DNA from: Eledone cirrhosa
Taxonomy: Eukaryota
Length of the DNA stretch: 64,000 nt
Direction: 5' to 3'
NCBI GenBank assembly: GCA_964016885.1
Contig: OZ024747.1
Coordinates: 8,184,001 to 8,248,000, forward strand
A program made the position numbers and the translations under genes. Each line of letters opens with the position of its first letter. Positions within the stretch are counted from its first letter, which is position 1. Below are positions 53,662-64,000 of the stretch, piece by piece. The notes under the pieces were generated by a model. The model had not been told where the DNA came from, did not search any database, and saw only the letters and a program-made list of their open reading frames with translations.

Positions 53662-54180
53662 CTGAAAAGAGAATAAGGTTTCTTTAAATTCATAATTTTA
53701 TTTCATTCTATGACAAATTAATACAAAAATACAGATAGGTAGCAAAAAAAAAAAAGAAGAAAATGGATACATATATATATATACACACACACATATATAT
53801 ATATACAAACACACATATATATTATCATTTTCATCCTTATATATATATAAATATATATACAATGATTTTCATTCGAGGAACGGAAAGGGACCACAGTTAA
53901 ATAAGTTTCAAAATACATTAAGTAGCAAAGACACATAATATATTTCAGGTAGGCTTTCCAGGCTCCTACAGGACTAGTACTGTTGAAATAACCAGAAAAG
54001 TTCAGATGATTTCAACAGGAATTATATATAGATAAATATATATATATATATTTATTAAAATAATAGATTAAAGTTTTTAAATATTTGCTCTACGGTTCTT
54101 ATATATTTGATATATATTTATCCTTATCGAGCCCTCTTTGGATTTTAGTCTTCAAATTTATTATTATTACTATATATATA

Positions 54181-54368
54181 AGGGCGGTGGATTGGCAGTA
54201 TCGGTAGAGGGTCGGACGCCATGCTTTCCAGCATAGTTACGTCCCTTTATGATCTGAGTTCAAATCCCGCCGAGGTTGACTTTGCCTTTCATCCTTAGGG
54301 GGTCGATAAAATAAAGTACCAGTAATGCACTGGGTAATTGCTGGCCTTGTGCCTAAAGTAGAAACAAT
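54181..54368 (+). mobile_element. S1 SINE, full length, TSD-like attactatatatata
   Basis: gggcggtggattggcagtatcggtagag...gagttcaaatccc...gtagaaacaat; inserted at the end of a family C element. Confidence 0.92.
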
Positions 54369-54739
54369 TACTATATATATAACAAAGATGGTGGGGTAAG
54401 ATACTTGGTAGCTGTCGAAATGACTAGAATTCAGTCGTTGGGGTCCTCAGTCTTTTCATATATATATAAATGAAAGTATAGAAATTATTATATATGTGTG
54501 TGTGTATATATATATATGTATATATGTAGATAGGAAGTTGAAAATGCAATTGGTGTCTCTAAGAAGATTTATTTACAATAACTTTATACGTTTCACAGTT
54601 TTATGATTTTCATGAAATCATAATACTGTGAAACCAATAATGTCATTGTAAATAAATCTTCTTAAAGACTGCAATTGTATTTTCAACTTCTTTTTCCTAT
54701 ATTTTTACCCATATGGAATATAAAAAAAACTTACTTTCA

Positions 54740-54798
<59 letters not shown>

Positions 54799-54949
54799 AT
54801 AGTAATAATAATAAATTTGAAGACTAAAATCCAAAGAGGGCTCGATAAGGATAAATATATATCAAATATATAAGAACCGTAGAGCAAATATTTATTAAAA
54901 TAACAGATTAAAGTTTAAGCAAAGAATCGCTGCTTTCACCCTTATTTTA

Positions 54950-54989
<40 letters not shown>

Positions 54990-55082
54990 TATTTATTTTA
55001 ATATATATATATATATATATATATAACGCACGTAAAACGGTGATGATGATGATGATGATATGCATATTTATTTTAATATATA

Positions 55083-56170
55083 TCATCATCATCGTTTAAC
55101 GTCCATCTTCCACGCTTGCATGGGTTTGGACGGGAGTTTTCCCACATGAGGCAAGATTTGTTGTCCTGCTCATATAGGACTGTCTGGCGGGTTTTCTATA
55201 GCTGGATGCCCTTCCTAACACCAACCATGTTTACAGTGTGGACTGGGAGGTTTTTACTGTGTTACCTACACGGCCACATTACAGCGTGGACTGTATGTTT
55301 TTTGTCGTGACACCTACACAACCTCATTTATTTAGGACTGGATGTTGTGGTACCAACTTAACTTCACATTTAAGGGGGTGGTGTGGATGGGGTGGGAGTA
55401 GTGGGACGGGGGGTGTATTTTGTTAGAGGTGCCTACTGACTGTAGGTTTCGCTTTGTACTCAGGCAAGGCGGGTCTTCTGTATGACTGTGTAGCGCCAAA
55501 GCTCTCGGTCCAGTGACATTGTCTTGGAGAGGTGTAAGTGTGTGAGGTCGGAATTTAGCAAGTCGTCCCAGGTTTTTCTGGGTCTGCCTACTCCGTGGCT
55601 ACCGTCTATTTTTATCGCCCTGCACTTTTTTATACAGCTGTCGTCTTTCATGCACATCACGTGACCGTACCAACGTAGTCTTCTCTTGAGTAAACAACAT
55701 CTGATCCCTCTTATTCCTAATTTCTCCCTTAGTTCGTTTATGCTTTGCCGTTCACATATATTACTATTACACATCCAGCGGAGCATGCAAGCTTCGTTCC
55801 TCTCCAGTCTGCGTATATCCTCTGCACACAAGGCCCAGGTCTCACTGCCATGTAACATTGCTGACCGTATGCAGGCATCATACAGCCTGCCTTTCATATT
55901 TAGAGAGAACCCTTTAGCGGCCAATAGTGGTATAAGCTCTTTGAACTTTTTCCATCCCGTTCTGACTCTAGCTACTGTACTTTCAGAGCACCCTCCCCCA
56001 CTGCTGATTTTGTCACCTAGGTAACGGAAGGTGTCCACTATTTCTATAGAACCATCTGGGCAATGGAATGAGCTAGTATTGTGTGGGCACTTGCTGCTAC
56101 TTATTGCACCAGAGCACCGGCCACATATAAAATCTATATTCTTAGTTAGCTTACCTGTGATCCCACTACA
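55083..56170 (-). mobile_element. Young RTE LINE, 5'-truncated (~235 aa open ORF2 C-terminus, 3' UTR, (ATG)n tail)
   Basis: ORF 55460-56206: VDTFRYLGD...ARVRTGWKKF...KGRLYDACIRSAMLHGSETW...RRLRWYGHV...GRPRKTW...DRELWR. Confidence 0.92.
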
Positions 56171-56203
56171 TATATATATATATATATAGCTTACCTGTGA
56201 TCC

Positions 56204-56243
<40 letters not shown>

Positions 56244-56303
56244 ACATATATATATATATATTCACCATTCGTAGTTTTTTTTAAGCAGACATAAAAACGA
56301 TAA

Positions 56304-56514
56304 TGGTTTCTTATATAGGCACAAGGCCAGCAATTTTGAGGGGAAGGGAAAAGTCAATTAAATTGACCCCAGTGCGTGACTGGTACTTTATTTTATCGAC
56401 CACATAAGTATGAAAGGCAAAGTTAACCTCGGCAGGATTTGAACTCAGATCGTAAAAGGCTGTAACTCTTTGCTGCAAATCATGGTGTCCGACCCTCTAC
56501 CGATACTGCCAATC
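56304..56514 (-). mobile_element. S1 SINE
   Basis: Homologous to the other S1 copies. Confidence 0.88.
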
Positions 56515-56643
56515 CAGATGTTGATATTCAATCCCTAATGTTGCTTCCATGATAAAATGCTCTAATGGTGCAACTCCCTTGAAAAGGCTTGCCAAATACA
56601 AGCTGAAACTGCTAGGCACTGTGGTCAGGTTTTTACCTTCCTT

Positions 56644-56705
<62 letters not shown>

Positions 56706-56719
56706 AATGAAAGACACAG

Positions 56720-57085
56720 AACTCCAGAGTCTTCAGCTGGTGAGTGTGCTTTAATATATGTGCAGTGTTAATGTTCATGAAAGACGAAATATGGATGAAC
56801 TGAGATAAAAACTGGGTATAAAAAGAATCTGTAGTGTGCAAGAGAGAGGTTTCCTCTGGTAGGGACATGTAATACATATGGATGATTATCATGGGGTGAA
56901 GAAGTGCCTAGAAATCCCAGTGGAAAGAAACTACAATGGAAAAAGTCCCGGGCTAAGGTGATGAGATTTGATCTAAAATTACTGAAGCTCACCGAGGAGA
57001 TGACAAAAGAAAGGAAGGAGCGGAAATATGTTGTGGTGAAAAATACTTGTTCAAGCCATGCAACCACATAGAAAAATAGATGTAA
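56720..57085 (+). mobile_element. Old RTE 3' fragment
   Basis: CSVNVHERRNMDELR.KLGIK...VQER..LW.GHVIHMDD..VKKC; tail 'ccatgcaacc...gatgtaaaatgatg'. Confidence 0.65.
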
Positions 57086-57107
57086 AATGATGACGATATA
57101 TATGTAA

Positions 57108-59231
<2,124 letters not shown>

Positions 59232-59370
59232 GGCCAACCATATATCACCGCCGTGATTATTTCACTGTAATTATTAAGATAATGGAACATTCTCAATATT
59301 GGAGATTCAACATCTTGTCTCTCTGATGCCTTTCGTAGTGAGAATAATAATTACAGGTTCTTTCTAACAT

Positions 59371-59637
59371 CTTCTCCATCATCTGACACACTTCTACACA
59401 CTTCTACACACTTCTCCATCATCTGACACACTTCTACACACTTCTACACACTTCTCCATCATCTGACACACTTCTACACACTTCTACACACTTCTCCATC
59501 ATCTGACACACTTCTACACACTTCTACACACTTCTCCATCATCTGACACACTTCTACACACTTCTACACACTTCTCCATCATCTGACACACTTCTACACA
59601 CTTCTACACACTTCTCCATCATCTGACACACTTCTAC
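59371..59637. repeat. 40-bp minisatellite built from 10-bp sub-units, ~6.7 identical copies
   Basis: cttctccatc atctgacaca cttctacaca cttctacaca. Confidence 0.95.
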
Positions 59638-59827
59638 GTCATTTTATCTCAATTGCAACACAAAATTCCTGTCCGTTGCAACTAAATACAAAAATAAATA
59701 GAAAATAAAATAGAAATTTTAAAACAAATCCAAAATCAAACAAGTTTTAGTATTTCGTTGTCTGAAATATGACTTGATAGTGGTAGCATTGTAAAGGGGG
59801 CGTGGTAAATTGTAGAAGAGGAAGACT

Positions 59828-60220
59828 ATGATGATGTTGATGATGATGCTGAAGGTGGTGGTGGTGGTAGTGGTGGTGGTGGTGATGGCCGTGGTGGTGG
59901 TAGTGGTGGTGGTGGTAGTGATGGCCGTGGTAGTGGTGGTGGTGGTGGTGGTGGTGGTGGTGGTAGTGGTGCTAGCAGTGGTAGCAGTTGTGGTGGTGGT
60001 AGTGGTGGTAGCAGTTGTGGTGGTAGTGGTGGTGGTGGCAGTGGTGGTGGTGGTGGTAGTGGTGGTAGCAGTTGTGGTGGTGGTAGTGGTGGTGGCTGTG
60101 GTGGCAGTTGTGGTGGTAGTGGTGGTGGTGGTGGCAGTGATGGTGGTGGTAGTGGTGGTGGCAGTGGTGGTGACTGTGGTGGTAGTGGTGGTGGTAGTGG
60201 TGGTGGTGGCAGTGGTATTA
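59828..60220. repeat. (GGT/AGT)n low-complexity tract
   Basis: Read directly from the sequence. Confidence 0.9.
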
Positions 60221-60529
60221 GCATCAGCAATGTTGGTGAAGGTGCTATGAGTATAAAATGGTGAGTATTTTGACAAGCAGTATAACACTAACAGCAATGT
60301 CGAGAATGAGAGAAGGAACTATAGAAATATTTATATTTAATCTTTACGTTATTTTATATTATTTTATTGACTTGATTTAAAGTTTAACAACTTTCATTGA
60401 AGTCAGCGACTTGGTGTTAAAGTGTTGGCCCCATATCATGGATATATAATCAGTTGTGTTGTGCAACTGATAGTGTTTCTATTAGTAATCACTATTTAAC
60501 ACTTTAGTACACGTGTGAGTGTGTGTGTT

Positions 60530-60569
<40 letters not shown>

Positions 60570-61415
60570 TGTATGTGTAAGAGGATGTGTGTGCATGTGT
60601 GAGAAGATGTGTGTGTGTGTAAGGTTGCTCTTTAGTTCTACTGGTAACATGTAATCCAGTACAAGGTCAGGTCATTGCTGACTAAACCCACACCAAATAT
60701 GTATAAACACACTGTATGTAGAACTTTTCAATTCCAATTACTTGCGCAAAGCAGTCTTTGGCATATAAAATTGGGGATTTGCTGTGTATTCTAATTTTTT
60801 GTGCATGAAGGGGCCCCCTCAAAACTGAAGTGCTCCAGGCTCCCTAAGGTCTAAATCCAGCGCTACTGGGGGTTACTATAACTGCCTGACTTTCCCCTCC
60901 CTCTAAAGACTGCTGGCCTTGTGCCTAAATCAGAAATTATGAGACTTTAAATCCCTCTGAAGACAATTTTGCCTTTCATCCTTTCGAGGGTTGATAAAAT
61001 ATAGTATCAAATGAATTGTAGGGTTGATATCATCGATTTTCCCCTCACCTGGACTTGCTGGACTTGTACCTTAATTAGAAACCACTATATGTGTGTATGT
61101 GTGTATTTATTAGTGTGACCCTTTAGAGATGTAGTGAGTGAGATAGAGTGAGACAGAGAGAGATACAAAGAGATAGAGAGAGATAGAGAGAGATAGACTG
61201 AATGTGAGTTCAAATGAGAGAGAGAGAAAGGGAGAGAGCAAGGTAGAGAACGAAACAACATGAAAGTGATATATATATATGTGTATATATATATATATAT
61301 ATATGTGTATATATATATATGTGTATGTATATATATATGTCTATATATATATATATATGTTGAAAACAAAGTGAGGGTTCACAATAAGGCCTTTATTGAT
61401 TATATATATATCATC

Positions 61416-61451
<36 letters not shown>

Positions 61452-61725
61452 CATCATCATCATCATCATCACCGTTTTACGTCCGTTCTTCCACGCTAGC
61501 ATGGGTTAGACGGGTTGTCCTGTTGTGGGCAGTGTCTGGTCGGCTGACCATGCCTTGCTCATACAGGAACTGATCTGGCTTGATTTCTACAGCTGGATGC
61601 CCTTCCTAACACCAACCTCATTTACAATGAGTGCTGGGTGCTTTTTCGTGGCGCCTACACGTCCACTTTACAGTGTGGGCTGGGTGCTTTTTTGCCGTGG
61701 CACCTCCACGACCACCTTGCGGTGG
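61452..61725 (-). mobile_element. RTE-tailed SINE/LINE 3' end
   Basis: (CAT)n-cgttttacgtcc...cagctggatgcccttcctaacaccaacc...gtggcacctccacgacc. Confidence 0.8.
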
Positions 61726-61766
61726 GGGGGGGGGGGGGCATATTGTTTATATGCTTCAGCATGTAC

Positions 61767-63186
<1,420 letters not shown>

Positions 63187-63692
63187 GCATGTATATTGCA
63201 ACTTTCTGTACTTTCCTCTGTTATAGCTACAATGTCATGTTACCTGGTATAAAATATTGCATAGACAAAAGTCTTTTGTTCTGTTTTTTTTTGTTTCTCA
63301 TATATATATATTTTTCTTCTAATCAATCATGAAAGCTGCCTGATTACACTGCGAAGAAAGCTTTATACACTTTATAGTATGAGTCAAAAAGCATACAATG
63401 TTGGCAGTGTGATCCGTACATGTTTTATTATCTTAGAAAAACACTTCGGACACAGCCTTGGTTCATTATATATTATATATACAGAAGTAACATGGTGTTG
63501 CTCAAATTCTTAAACCCTTTGTTTACCATATTTCTAACAAAAGACACAGCCTTGTCATTAACCCCTTCATTACCATATTTCTAATGAAAGACACTGTCTA
63601 TGTTATTAGCCCTTTCATTACCATATTTCTAATGAAAGGCACTGTCTATGTTATTAGCCCTTTCATTACCATATTTCTTATAAAAGACACTG

Positions 63693-64000
63693 TCATCATC
63701 ATCATCATTTCATTTTACGTCCGCTTTTTCCCTGCTTGTAAGGGTGGGACGGGAACTGATTCTGGCTTGATTTCTACAGCTGGATGCCCTTCCTAACACC
63801 AACCTCATTTACAGTGAGTGCTGGGTGCTTTTTTGCCGTGGCACCTCCACGATCACTTTGCAGTGGAATGATATGGACCCCAGTCACTATCATCTCATTT
63901 CTACAGCTGAGTAAACTGGAGCAATGTGAAATAAAGTGTCTTGCTCAAGGAAACAACACATCACCTGGTTTGAGAATTGAACTCACAACCTTTCGATTGC
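63693..64000 (-). mobile_element. CORE-type SINE with RTE tail (continues beyond the window)
   Basis: Near-identical to 1260-1561. Confidence 0.88.

Noticed and set aside
54181-54275. Functional tRNA genes at SINE heads (also 31425 and 4589)
   Set aside because: A/B boxes are present but the cloverleaves are disrupted and continue into SINE bodies.

Overview
AT-rich, extremely repeat-dense metazoan intergenic/intronic DNA, probably from an octopod cephalopod (inferred from the SINE types and microsatellite load; not proven). There is one 200-N gap (30583-30782). No intact protein-coding gene is evident, and almost every ORF in the track is a microsatellite translation. Recognisable content: many tRNA-derived SINEs of two families; 3' fragments of RTE, CR1-like and L1/Tx1-like LINEs; decayed Penelope-like (PLE) RT and GIY-YIG remnants; piggyBac- and hAT-like MITEs; several minisatellites (20, 22, 28, 40, 56, 99 bp units). 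The most striking pattern is a set of about seven sequence-unrelated short families sitting in (TA)n tracts. They share one architecture: a short inverted arm plus a long arm with a 70-140 nt extension. Several carry minimal type-I hammerhead ribozyme cores, including variants. This is best explained as PLE pseudo-LTR-derived elements targeting TA microsatellites. Long fold-back palindromes centred on microsatellites also recur. All motif calls were made by eye and coordinates are approximate to a few bp.
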